A DNA stretch of 64,000 nt from Planctomycetota bacterium (GTDB lineage Bacteria; Planctomycetota; SZUA-567; H5-PLA8): assembly GCA_038227875.1 (NCBI GenBank), contig JBBRPR010000005.1, forward strand, positions 1 through 64,000. Direction: 5' to 3'. Shown in pieces: positions 21,142 through 30,856 of the stretch (position 1 is the stretch's first letter; the number at the start of each line of letters is the position of its first letter). The notes beneath the pieces are model-generated. The model had not been told where the DNA came from. It saw only the letters and a program-made list of their open reading frames with translations, and ran no database searches. Both the position numbers and the translations under genes were made by a program.

Positions 21142-21283
21142 TGATACCCGGTGGAAGTTGGAGATTCGACGTATGAATAAAATGGGAACTTCAATATATT
21201 TCTCCCGGCTTACCCCCGCCTGCGGACACAGTAAGTACGGGCGCGGTCAAAATTGACCTTGGGCGGAAGCGAGGAGTACATTT

Positions 21284-21556
21284 ATGGACCCGACCGAATC
21301 CGAATTCTTCTCCAAGGCCGGAGACGACGAAGCGCGGCCGCGCTGGACGATTCCGTTGCTGGCCGTGGTCGTGGCTATCGGGGCGATCTCGGCGTGGTAT
21401 ATCCTCGTCCGCCCGCCCGCCGCGCCGCTTGAACCGAAAGTAGAACCGCCGCCGGTCGTCACCGCCCCGACCCCGGTCCGTCCCACCTTCGATGCCGCTG
21501 CCAGTCTCGAAAAGCCCGAAAAGCCGCCTCCACCGCCCAAGGACTTCGATAAATAG
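21284..21556 (+). CDS. Small single-TM Pro-rich protein
   Basis: GAGGAG RBS, TM helix, Pro-rich tail. Confidence 0.65.
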   Translation: MDPTESEFFSKAGDDEARPRWTIPLLAVVVAIGAISAWYILVRPPAAPLEPKVEPPPVVTAPTPVRPTFDAAASLEKPEKPPPPPKDFDK

Positions 21557-21659
21557 TAGGGTATGGCGCCCTGAGCCATCCCATCTCTGGTAAAAGGTAA
21601 GCCTCCGGCTATAACCTGTGCACTAACTATCAGGTCGGGTTGGGCTCTAGAGGTAGCGC

Positions 21660-23087
21660 ATGTACCGTCGTACGGATTACGCAGCACGTATCTTAAATCT
21701 GCTGCAACTCGTCATTGATGCAGGCGCGGCGGTTGCCGGCTTTGAAGTGGCGTTGTGGCTATACCGTGACACAACCGTGTTGGAAGACGTCAAGCGCCAG
21801 CATTTCACGCCAGAAGGCCAGACTTACTACGCGATCATCTGTATTTATACGGCCATCGTTCTGCTCACCTTCACTGTCAAGCACCTCTACCAGAGCCGAG
21901 AGACCGGCTTGATGAACATGGACGAAGCCACGTCCGTGCTGCAGTCGCTGGCGTTTTCGGCACTGGCGATCGTGGTGGGCAGCTACGTCTTGATCGATCC
22001 GCACACCACGAAAATTTCGCGCTTGATCGTCGGCCTGGGCTTGAGCATCAGTACGATGTTCGTGCTGACCGGCCGCGCTTTCAATTTCAAGCTGCGCCGT
22101 TACCTGCAATCGCGCGGGCACTTCTTCCGGCGTATTGTCGTCTGCGGAGCAGGTGATGCCGGGCGTGCGATCGCGCGCAAACTGCTCCACAGCCCCAAAT
22201 TTCATTTGCTGCCCGTCGCGTTCCTCGACAGCGAACCGGAGAAATACCCCGGAGGCATCGATTGCCTCTCTGGCCACGATAAAATTCCCGTTGCCGGATC
22301 GCTTGAAGATGTCGCCATGGCTCTGCGCGTTCACCAGGGCGATGAAATCTGGATCGCCATGCCCAATGGCGATCAGGACGCGATCAACGCCATCGCTCAG
22401 GCCACGCGAGAATACGGCGTGCCCTGCCGCTTCGTCCCCAATCTTTTCCAGATCCCGCTCGAAACTCTTGCCGTGGAAATGGTCGGCGGTGTGCCGCTGC
22501 TTTCCATCAAGCCCCGTCCGCAGGTGCGTCCGATGCCGTGGAGCAAACGCGCCTTCGACATCATTTTCTCGCTGCTGGTGCTCGCCCCCAGCCCTATTCT
22601 CTGGCCGCTGATCGTGCTGCTGATCAAAGCCACCTCGCGCGGTCCGGCGCTCTTCGAACACGAACGCATCGGCCAGGGCGGCCGTCCGTTTACCATGTAC
22701 AAATTCCGCACGATGTACATCGACGCGCCTGCCTACGCACAGACGCCGCGCCATTCCAGCGACAGCCGCATCACCCCGCTGGGCCGCTGGCTGCGCAAGC
22801 TGAGCCTCGATGAATTGCCGCAATTCTGGAACGTGCTGAAGGGCGACATGTCCGTCGTCGGCCCGCGCCCGGAGATGCCGCAGATCGTCGCCAACTACAC
22901 CACGATCCAGCGCCAGCGACTGTGCGTGAAGCCCGGCATCACTGGCGTCTGGCAGATCAGCGCCGACCGCAAAAACCCGATCCACGAGAACATCGACTAC
23001 GACCTCTACTATATCGAAAAACAGAGCTTCTTCATGGACCTGATGATCGTCCTGATCACCGGCTTCTACGGCGCGCGCGGAGTGTAG
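21660..23087 (+). CDS. Undecaprenyl-phosphate sugar phosphotransferase (WcaJ/WbaP-like)
   Basis: N-terminal TMs; KRAFD, MYKFRTM and LDELPQFWNVLKGDMSVVGPRP motifs. Confidence 0.92.
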   Translation: MYRRTDYAARILNLLQLVIDAGAAVAGFEVALWLYRDTTVLEDVKRQHFTPEGQTYYAIICIYTAIVLLTFTVKHLYQSRETGLMNMDEATSVLQSLAFSALAIVVGSYVLIDPHTTKISRLIVGLGLSISTMFVLTGRAFNFKLRRYLQSRGHFFRRIVVCGAGDAGRAIARKLLHSPKFHLLPVAFLDSEPEKYPGGIDCLSGHDKIPVAGSLEDVAMALRVHQGDEIWIAMPNGDQDAINAIAQATREYGVPCRFVPNLFQIPLETLAVEMVGGVPLLSIKPRPQVRPMPWSKRAFDIIFSLLVLAPSPILWPLIVLLIKATSRGPALFEHERIGQGGRPFTMYKFRTMYIDAPAYAQTPRHSSDSRITPLGRWLRKLSLDELPQFWNVLKGDMSVVGPRPEMPQIVANYTTIQRQRLCVKPGITGVWQISADRKNPIHENIDYDLYYIEKQSFFMDLMIVLITGFYGARGV

Positions 23088-23254
23088 TGCGGCTTTTGGC
23101 TGTTAGCTCTTGGCTCTTGGGGAGCTGTTGAGTCGGCAGATCGGCATCCGATTCGCGGTCGTCTCATTTAAGACACGATTTTTGCCTAAGAAAGCGTACG
23201 CTCGTACACTTTCTAATCAGTAGCTGTTGTTTGGAACGCCTCCCGAGACCTCGA

Positions 23255-25324
23255 ATGCGCTCCACATTGCTAGGCGCTGTCTACTCTGACCCCTGGCTCC
23301 TGACCCCAAGCAGCCCGGTGACGTATTATTCCGCCGCTGTTCACCGAGAAACGCCTGGCAGTAAAGGCGTTTCTCGGCGTTGGCAATTATTCCATCCACG
23401 GGCTGCTGGCCCCTCGCGCTTTGGCGCGATTGCGATTGCGCTCTTCATAGCCGCCGCAGCGTACGCGTCCGACGCGCCGACCGCGCGCCTGATCAACTCG
23501 CCGCAGATCAAATCGCGGCTGCTGGTTTCCGTGGGTCTGCCCTACGGCGCGCAGTACCGTCCGGGCTATGGCTTCCCACTGAAAGTACTGATCACCAACT
23601 CCGGCGCGCCGATCCCCGTCGACGTGCTGATCACGCAGGGCGAAGGCGATTCAGGCATCCGCGTCCCGATTTTCGCCGAACACACGCTCGGTGCCGGGAC
23701 GACGCAGTCCCCGGCCGTTTGCGTGCGGGTGCCGGATATCGAAGCCGATCTGAACGTGATTGTTCGCGAGCCGGGACTCTCCGGCACGGTGCTCTTCCGC
23801 GGCTCGCTGCGTCCGGTGCTGCAGAGTCTCCCTGACGAATCGCGCGTGGTCCTCTGCTGCGGCGCGAATTCCGCCGACGGCCTGCCGCGCGAATACAACG
23901 ACACGATCCACCTCGACGCGAAGGAATTGCCCATCCACGGCTGGATGTACGAGAGCATCGACCTGGTGATCCTGAGTGACGCGACGTTCAAGGACGCCTC
24001 GTCGGACGCCAAGGAAGCGCTGCGCAATTGGGTGCTCAGTGGCGGCCGATTGCTGCTCACCGCGTCGGGTCCCGCCGGCGCACTGAAGCCCGCGATGGCC
24101 GCGCGGCTGCTCCCGCTTTCGCCCAATGCGCTGCGCGGACAGGAATCGATTCCGACGGACTTCAAATGGTGGCAGGAGAACATGGGCCTCACCTCGGCTG
24201 ACATCTTAAAGCGCCGCGCCAATCAGCAGCCCGTGTACGTGAAGTCGGAACTCGGCTTCGGCCATGTCGTCTTCCTCTTTCCCGGTAATGACGATGCCGA
24301 CGCGCGCGCGTTTGGCTTGAGCGTGATCAACGATCCATTTCTGCAGCGCAACCGCGACAAGTTCCCCGATTTCCGCGTGCAGACCAAGGCCTTCGACACC
24401 GCCGTGCACGGCGTGATGGGCTCGTCACGCATGCGCACGGCGGCCAATTGGTTTGCCATCGGCGCGCTGATTTTCTGCGGCCTGATCATCGCCTGCGGCC
24501 TGATCCGCTCGCGGTTGGAAGCGATCGGTTGGGTCGTCTGCCTCGCGGCGGTCCTGGCGGTCATGCTCAATTCGTTCTTTCCCGAACCCCAGCGCGTGGT
24601 CTCGCGCGTGCAGTGGACGCAGCTCTCCGAGGATGGCCGCGCGATCGTGCGGCGCGAGTGGGCCCAGTCGGAAGCCTTCCGCCGGGATCAGCGCGTCTCA
24701 GCGACGGGTCCCGCCGGCGGCTCGCTGGTGCCGCTTTACCAGGATCGCGACCGCCTCGCCGATGCCGCGTACGAATCGGCCGAGCAGGACGATCACCAGC
24801 AGCTGTTCGATCTGCGCGTCAGCACCGACACCCCCGCCCTGCTGCTGGGACTCGACAGCGACGAACGCCCCGCCGACCGTGACGACTCCGTCACGATCCG
24901 TTCGCGCGAAGACGGCACGACGCTCACCTTCCATCCGCCGCGTCCCGATTTTCATCCCAGCTTCGCGCTCTGGATCGACTCCCACGGCCGCCGCACGTTC
25001 ATCGAGCAGGCCGATTCACCGCAGGGCTTCGTGAGCAGCGCCGTCAGCGACGAACCGGCCGCGATCCGCGCCACCGTCGGTTCGTCCGGGGGACAGGAAG
25101 TAATCAAAGCCCGCGCCGCCGCGTTGATGCAGGCAGTAAAAGTGGCTGTCGAGACCCAGCGCGACACGCTGATCTTCTGGTCCGGCGGCGGCGAGGATTT
25201 CGAACCGCTGATCGAATTCACCAACGACGCCGGCAATTCTGGAAGCTCCGCCTCCAGCGATAAACCCGCCGAGGAAGGCGCTCGCTTTGTCCTCTGGTCC
25301 ACGCAGGCCCGCCGCGCGAAGTGA
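23255..25324 (+). CDS. Hypothetical membrane protein with GATase-like domain; start uncertain
   Basis: Long ORF; YESIDLVIL..EALRNWVLSGGRLLL pattern; two TMs; signal-like segment after the MITE. Confidence 0.7.
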   Translation: MRSTLLGAVYSDPWLLTPSSPVTYYSAAVHRETPGSKGVSRRWQLFHPRAAGPSRFGAIAIALFIAAAAYASDAPTARLINSPQIKSRLLVSVGLPYGAQYRPGYGFPLKVLITNSGAPIPVDVLITQGEGDSGIRVPIFAEHTLGAGTTQSPAVCVRVPDIEADLNVIVREPGLSGTVLFRGSLRPVLQSLPDESRVVLCCGANSADGLPREYNDTIHLDAKELPIHGWMYESIDLVILSDATFKDASSDAKEALRNWVLSGGRLLLTASGPAGALKPAMAARLLPLSPNALRGQESIPTDFKWWQENMGLTSADILKRRANQQPVYVKSELGFGHVVFLFPGNDDADARAFGLSVINDPFLQRNRDKFPDFRVQTKAFDTAVHGVMGSSRMRTAANWFAIGALIFCGLIIACGLIRSRLEAIGWVVCLAAVLAVMLNSFFPEPQRVVSRVQWTQLSEDGRAIVRREWAQSEAFRRDQRVSATGPAGGSLVPLYQDRDRLADAAYESAEQDDHQQLFDLRVSTDTPALLLGLDSDERPADRDDSVTIRSREDGTTLTFHPPRPDFHPSFALWIDSHGRRTFIEQADSPQGFVSSAVSDEPAAIRATVGSSGGQEVIKARAAALMQAVKVAVETQRDTLIFWSGGGEDFEPLIEFTNDAGNSGSSASSDKPAEEGARFVLWSTQARRAK
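23309..23407 (+). mobile_element. 99-bp MITE copy
   Basis: AGCAGCCCG...CGGGCTGCT termini; hairpin CCGAGAAACGCCT-GGCAGTAA-AGGCGTTTCTCGG. Confidence 0.75.
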
Positions 25325-25365
25325 CTGCGCGCACTCGACAAACACATTCGTCCGCCTAATATCCT

Positions 25366-25463
25366 AGCAGCCCGTCAAAGATCACGTAGAAACATGGATC
25401 CCTGAAACGACTGGCTGTAAAGGCGTTTCACGGCGTCGGCCACAGAACTCTTGACGGGCTGCT
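25366..25463 (+). mobile_element. 98-bp MITE copy
   Basis: 13-bp perfect TIR AGCAGCCCGTCAA/TTGACGGGCTGCT; hairpin GAAACGACT-GGCTGTAA-AGGCGTTTC. Confidence 0.75.
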
Positions 25464-25510
25464 CATTCGTTTCAGATGACGTACAAACCAAAACCATCCA
25501 GGTGTCCTGC

Positions 25511-26236
25511 ATGCTCATCATTCCCGCCGTCGACATGAAGAACCGCAAAGCCGTGCGATTGAAGCAAGGCAAAGCCGATCAACAGACGATTTACGACGAA
25601 GATCCCGTGCATGCCGCGCAGAAGTGGGTCGACTTCGGCGCGCGCCGCATCCACATCGTGGATCTCGACGGCGCCTTCGAAGGCACGCCGAAAAACAGCG
25701 ACCTGACGCTCGCGATCCTGAAAGCCTTTTCCTCCAAGGTCGAAGTTCAGATTGGCGGCGGGCTGCGCAGTTCGAAAGTGGTCGAAGATTTCTTGAGCGC
25801 CGGCGCCGCGCGTTGCGTGATCGGCACCAAGGTGCTCGACGACCGCGACTTCCTGAAAAATATCGCCAGCCGTTTCCCCGGGAAGATCAGCGTCGGACTC
25901 GACGCGAAAGACGGCAAGATCGTGACCAAGGGCTGGGTCGAAACAAGTGCGACGCTCGCCACCGATCTCGTCGCCAGCCTCTACGACCTGCGGCTGGGCG
26001 AAGTCATCTACACCGACATCGACCGCGACGGCATGCTGCAGGGTCCCAATCTCAAGCGCCTGAAGGAAATGCGCGACGCCAGCCCCTTCCCGCTGATCGC
26101 CAGCGGCGGCGTCACCACGCTCGAGCATGTAAAAGCCTGCCGCGAACTCAATTGCTTCGGCGCGATCATTGGCACTGCCTTTTACGACGGCCGCATGGAA
26201 ATCGGTGCCGCGATGAAGGTCGGCGAAGACAAGTAA
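25511..26236 (+). CDS. hisA: ProFAR isomerase
   Basis: IIPAVD, HIVDLDGA, QIGGGLR, YTDIDRDGMLQGPN, IASGGV. Confidence 0.95.
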   Translation: MLIIPAVDMKNRKAVRLKQGKADQQTIYDEDPVHAAQKWVDFGARRIHIVDLDGAFEGTPKNSDLTLAILKAFSSKVEVQIGGGLRSSKVVEDFLSAGAARCVIGTKVLDDRDFLKNIASRFPGKISVGLDAKDGKIVTKGWVETSATLATDLVASLYDLRLGEVIYTDIDRDGMLQGPNLKRLKEMRDASPFPLIASGGVTTLEHVKACRELNCFGAIIGTAFYDGRMEIGAAMKVGEDK

Positions 26237-26242
26237 GAAGCT

Positions 26243-27238
26243 TCAGCGCCAGTCGATCTCCATCCCGACGATCGAGCGATCCTTTGCGCGCAGGCGTTCG
26301 TATAGCGCTGGCGCTTCGGCCGGTTTGACCGTGTGTGAAACAAGATGTTCGACGTTGAGCTTGCCGTCGCGCACGGCCTGCATGAACGCGAGCCGATTCT
26401 CGATCTGCGTCCATTGATAGTACGCATTCGGCTCCAATGGACATTTCGGCTGGTGAGCCGCCGTCACCGTCAGCTCGCGCAGAATGAAATCGTCGAGAAT
26501 CAGAAACGGCACCGGGTCGAAGATCGTGGACGTCAGCACCAGCCGGCCGCGCAGACCCAGCACTTTCATCGCGTCCCCAATCGCCCGTGCGCTCGTCGCC
26601 GCTTCAATGCACAGCGACGCGCCGCGGCCCTGCGTCAATTCCTTGACGCGAGCCACCACGTCTTCGCTCGTCGCGTTGATCGTCTTGAATCCGATCTCCT
26701 GAGCCACGCGCAGCCGGCCGGCGTCGGTGTCGACCACGATCGGTTCCACACCGCAGAGTCGCGCAACTTGAGCGATCAGCGAGCCGACCACGCCCTGCCC
26801 AAAGACGACTGTCGTTTCGTTGAGCTTCGGTGCCGCGCGTTGAACGATGTGGTAAGCAATCGAACCGAGCACTGCGAGCACGGCCTTTTCGGAGCTCAGA
26901 TTTTCGATCACCGGCGTCAGCTCACCCGGCGAGACCGTCACGTTGGACGCGCTGCGGTGATTGGCGAACGCCAGCACGCGCTGCCCCAGCGCAAAGCCGC
27001 GGACCTGCGCACCCATTTCTTCAATCGTGCCGACCATCGCGTAGCCGAGGCCCGTCGGCTGCTGCTTCTTGCCGAGTTCCTCGATGTACGCGATCTCCGT
27101 GCCGATGCTGACGTGCGTGACCTCTGCGCGGATACGGACCTGGTCCGGCTTCAACGCCTCAAGCTGCTGCTCGGCCAGCACAACATTGCGGCCATTGAAT
27201 TCGATGCCCTGTTCAAGCGTGGTGGCGGCGGCGCTCAT
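26243..27238 (-). CDS. MDR/zinc-binding alcohol dehydrogenase-like oxidoreductase
   Basis: SIGTE, LGYAMVG and GQGVVG Rossmann motif. Confidence 0.85.
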   Translation of the reverse strand: MSAAATTLEQGIEFNGRNVVLAEQQLEALKPDQVRIRAEVTHVSIGTEIAYIEELGKKQQPTGLGYAMVGTIEEMGAQVRGFALGQRVLAFANHRSASNVTVSPGELTPVIENLSSEKAVLAVLGSIAYHIVQRAAPKLNETTVVFGQGVVGSLIAQVARLCGVEPIVVDTDAGRLRVAQEIGFKTINATSEDVVARVKELTQGRGASLCIEAATSARAIGDAMKVLGLRGRLVLTSTIFDPVPFLILDDFILRELTVTAAHQPKCPLEPNAYYQWTQIENRLAFMQAVRDGKLNVEHLVSHTVKPAEAPALYERLRAKDRSIVGMEIDWR

Positions 27239-27337
27239 AACGAATCTCCTGGGGTTGAATGACAGCTATACTATTAGCTTGAATTGCTCCCACGAGGAAT
27301 AGACGAACTCAGCGAAAACATGTACTATTCTCTGATT

Positions 27338-28204
27338 ATGGAATCCTTCCAGTGCTGGTACTCGAATCCCCATCCTGATCCCGCCCGGCCGCTCAGCGTC
27401 GCCGCAATGAAAGTGCGCGAGCGCATGGACCCAATCGTCGTCGACCGGCCCGCGGGCCTGACCCACTATCTCTTCATCCACTTCCACGATCCGGTCGACT
27501 GCTGGCTCGATGGCCGCGTCCGCGCGTTTCCCAAACACACGCTCGTGATCTGGCCGCCACGCGCCAAGCACTATTTTGGGCACGCGACGCGCCCCTGGTC
27601 GCATTCATGGATGTACGGAAGCGGGAAGAAAGTGTCGACGTGGCTGGTCGCCAACGGTCTGCCCTTGCAGCAGCCCATTGCGTTTATGAATGGCGAACTC
27701 ACCGACAAATACCTGCGACTGCTCTACCACGAACTGCACCGACACGCGCGCAGCGACGAGGTCATCGTCGAATCGCTCTACAGCGTCTGGCTGCGCGAAC
27801 TCGCGCGCGCCGCCCAAACCCGCGCGCTCGACCGCCCCATCCCGCAGCGCCTGCTGCTGGCGCGCCAGCATCTCGAGAACCATCTCGCCCGGCGCATCAC
27901 GCTGCCGGAACTCGCCCGCATCGCCGCGCTTTCCGTCTCGCAATTCTCCGCTGTCTTCAAAGCCCACTTCGGCCAGGCGCCGATCGACTACCTGCTCGCG
28001 TTGCGCATGAGACAGGCCGTGTTCTATCTCTCCGACCTGAGTTTCAACGTCGCCGAGGTCGAGCGAAAGGTCGGCTTCGAAGATCCGTTCTACTTCTCAA
28101 AACAATTCAAACGCCACTTCGGAAAGAGCCCGCGCCACTACCGCGAAGCACTCTCCCCTCTCCCCAAAGGGAGAGGGGGACAGATCAACGCTTGCCGCGA
28201 ATAA
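27338..28204 (+). CDS. AraC-family regulator
   Basis: VGFEDPFYFSKQFKRHFGKSP; N-terminus aligns with paralog 38512..39336, which supports this start. Confidence 0.9.
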   Translation: MESFQCWYSNPHPDPARPLSVAAMKVRERMDPIVVDRPAGLTHYLFIHFHDPVDCWLDGRVRAFPKHTLVIWPPRAKHYFGHATRPWSHSWMYGSGKKVSTWLVANGLPLQQPIAFMNGELTDKYLRLLYHELHRHARSDEVIVESLYSVWLRELARAAQTRALDRPIPQRLLLARQHLENHLARRITLPELARIAALSVSQFSAVFKAHFGQAPIDYLLALRMRQAVFYLSDLSFNVAEVERKVGFEDPFYFSKQFKRHFGKSPRHYREALSPLPKGRGGQINACRE

Positions 28205-29450
28205 GTTCCAGCGCCGCGTCCACGAGCATGTCCCCAGCCTCCGGTGCCAAGCGGCTCCAGTTGCAGAACGTCGTCTCGTAACCGCCACGCGTAAACGCCT
28301 CCGCGTGCGGAACGTAACCGACCATGCCGTTGGCGTAACCGACGACCACGGCGCGCCGCGGATGGCCCTGCTCTTTAATGCGCAGACCGAGCTCCACGAA
28401 CGGCTCCGCAGGAATCGCGACGAAGTCGAACTCATTGATCGAGAGCGCCAGCACTTCGGCAGTCTGCGTCTTGCGTTTCTGAATCATCTCGAGCAGCTTC
28501 GGCATGCCGCGGTCGTACGCCGCCGGATCAACGAAGCGCTGCGCGCCGCGCAACGTTCCCTTCACTTCCTCGTCAGTGTAGCGCCGGTACGGCAACGCCA
28601 CGGACTTCGCCTGGCTGCCCAGCTTTGCCTCACGCGTATACTTCACCTGCGACAGTGCGCGCAGCGCGGCTTCCCCAACGCGGCGGCCGACGTCTTCCAT
28701 CGAGCCATCCTGTCCGTTGCGTTCCGGATCGCTGGTGGAAATATTTCCCGCCGCGCCGTTCAAGAACATTGGCGTGCTCCAGCCCTGTGCCTTCAGCGCG
28801 TTTGCCATCACGCCCGGCCAGCCGGCGGAGAAAAAATCATCCGGGCCGTGGTGCGCCGGATGGCACGCGAAATTCACCAGCGCGCCCAGCGGCTTGCCCT
28901 CCAGGGTCCGCGCCGCGAGCACAAATACTTCCGGATCGATCGGGCCTTCCAGGCAGAGCGCCTCAGGATCGCTGAAGTGGCCGTGCGTTTTCACGATGCC
29001 ACTGCGCTGGATCACGCGGCGGTTAAAACCTGCGTTGAACTCCACCGCGCGCGCTGCGCCGATCTCCGCCTCACAGCGCCGTTCCAAAGCCTGGCCAAAC
29101 ACGCTCACGACCTTCGCGGCCATGGTCTGGACGTAAGCCTCGTCGGCCAGCACATCGCCGATGGTCGCGATCGCCGGGCCGCCGTGGTTGTGCGTCGCAC
29201 AGATCATCACGTTCTGCCCGGGAATGCCGTAGCGCGTTTGAATCTCCCGGCGGATCGAGACGACTTCCTCCCAGCGCGTGCTTAGCAGATCCAGCTGGAT
29301 GAAACCCAGCGTCGTCTCGCCGGACGTGAAGACCGCCGCGCGTGCGTAGAGTGGGTCGGCGACGCGCTTGCCTTCGATGATTTTGATCCAGCCGATTTTC
29401 CGCGTGCCCAGCGGCGGAGTAATATCGATTTCAGCAAAGCCAGCTTTCAT
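28185..29450 (-). CDS. Neutral/alkaline ceramidase-like amidohydrolase
   Basis: DITPP, ATHNHGGP, NFACHP, GAAGN and GYVP...GGYE motifs. Confidence 0.85.
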   Translation of the reverse strand: MKAGFAEIDITPPLGTRKIGWIKIIEGKRVADPLYARAAVFTSGETTLGFIQLDLLSTRWEEVVSIRREIQTRYGIPGQNVMICATHNHGGPAIATIGDVLADEAYVQTMAAKVVSVFGQALERRCEAEIGAARAVEFNAGFNRRVIQRSGIVKTHGHFSDPEALCLEGPIDPEVFVLAARTLEGKPLGALVNFACHPAHHGPDDFFSAGWPGVMANALKAQGWSTPMFLNGAAGNISTSDPERNGQDGSMEDVGRRVGEAALRALSQVKYTREAKLGSQAKSVALPYRRYTDEEVKGTLRGAQRFVDPAAYDRGMPKLLEMIQKRKTQTAEVLALSINEFDFVAIPAEPFVELGLRIKEQGHPRRAVVVGYANGMVGYVPHAEAFTRGGYETTFCNWSRLAPEAGDMLVDAALELIRGKR

Positions 29451-29470
29451 CCGGTCACTCCTTTGGAGTT

Positions 29471-30748
29471 TTAGAGTTTAATTGTCTCGACAGAATCCAG
29501 ATTCTCCATCACTTTCCGAATGCCCCGCGCCGTCGCGAGCACTTCGTCGGATCCGTTCGGGGCGCGCAGGGGCATCGTCATGCCCGTATGCGTGTCGCAG
29601 TGGCGCTGCGCTTCGGGATACTGATGCAGCGCGTAGTCGACGCCCTGCGCGTGCGGGCAACTCCACGGGCAGCCCTTGCCGTAGCCGTTCTTGGCCTGAA
29701 AGACCGTCATCGCCGGCAGAATGAACGACTGCCAGATGCCCGTCTGCACGCCCTCGGCCTGCATCGCCTTCACGATCTTGTAGCGGAATGCGCTGGCGTC
29801 GTGCGCGTGGCCAAGCTGCTTGACGTCGAAACGGATCGTGTAGTTGTACCAATTGTGCTCGGCGCCCGGTGGTTCGTAAGGCAGGATCAGTCCGGGAATG
29901 TTGCGGATCTCCGACGTGAGCAACTGCGCGTTGGCCTTCTGCTGCGCAAGATAGCCGTCAAGTTTTTTAAGCTGCGAACGCCCGAACGCCGCGGTCAGAT
30001 CGTTGTTGCGGTACATCCAACCCATGGCGTAGACGTGGTAGTCGCGCGATTCAGCCGGCGCGCGTGTTTCGCCAAACGACCAGAGCGACTGGGCCTTCGC
30101 CAACATTTCCGGATCGTCGGTGACGAACATGCCGCCCTCGCCCGAGCAGAGATTCTTGTTCTGATTGAAGCTGAACGCGCCGCAATGCCCCCACGACCCG
30201 ACCTTCCTCCCTTTATAGACGCCGCCGTGGCCCTGGCAGGCGTCTTCGATGACTTTGACGCCGTGCTTGTTGGCGATGGCGAGGATCTTGTCCATTTCCA
30301 CAGGTAATCCATGCAGATGAACAACGATAATCGCGCGCGTCTTTGGCGTGATCGCCTTTTCGATCTTTGCCGGGTCGATGTTCATCGTGGCGTAATCGAT
30401 GTCGACGAAGACCGGCACGCAATTGTGCTGCAGGATGCACGTCGCCGACGACGACCACGAATACGCCGGCACGATCACCTCATCGCCGGTGCCGCAGCCG
30501 CAGGCAACGATGCCCATGTGGAGCGCCGCAGTGCCAGAGTTGGTCGTGATCGCGTACTTGCTCCCGTTCCACGCCGCGAATTCCTTTTCAAACGCCACGC
30601 AGTTCGGGCCGAAGGCGTGGTTGTCGCCGTTGAGCGAATCGAGCACCGCCTGGCGATCGGTGTCGTCGATCGGCGGCCATTTCTTGATCGTGCCGGGCGG
30701 CACCGCTTTGGGCCCGCCGTGAATTGCCAACTGTTGCGCGACAAGCAT
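29471..30748 (-). CDS. DegT/DnrJ/EryC1/StrS PLP aminotransferase
   Basis: NSGTAALH, IEDACQGHG and FSFNQNKNLCSGEGG (PLP Lys). Confidence 0.92.
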   Translation of the reverse strand: MLVAQQLAIHGGPKAVPPGTIKKWPPIDDTDRQAVLDSLNGDNHAFGPNCVAFEKEFAAWNGSKYAITTNSGTAALHMGIVACGCGTGDEVIVPAYSWSSSATCILQHNCVPVFVDIDYATMNIDPAKIEKAITPKTRAIIVVHLHGLPVEMDKILAIANKHGVKVIEDACQGHGGVYKGRKVGSWGHCGAFSFNQNKNLCSGEGGMFVTDDPEMLAKAQSLWSFGETRAPAESRDYHVYAMGWMYRNNDLTAAFGRSQLKKLDGYLAQQKANAQLLTSEIRNIPGLILPYEPPGAEHNWYNYTIRFDVKQLGHAHDASAFRYKIVKAMQAEGVQTGIWQSFILPAMTVFQAKNGYGKGCPWSCPHAQGVDYALHQYPEAQRHCDTHTGMTMPLRAPNGSDEVLATARGIRKVMENLDSVETIKL

Positions 30749-30856
30749 CGTTGATCCCCTTTTAATCGTCAGCTCACTCACATTCGCTCTTGCAACCTGA
30801 TGATCCGAATTATGCTCCATCGCGGCCACCCGGCGCCAGATGACGGTTTTGCGATC

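Noticed and set aside
21660..23087. Exopolysaccharide gene cluster
   Set aside because: Only the priming transferase is present; no wzx, wzy, wzc or adjacent glycosyltransferases
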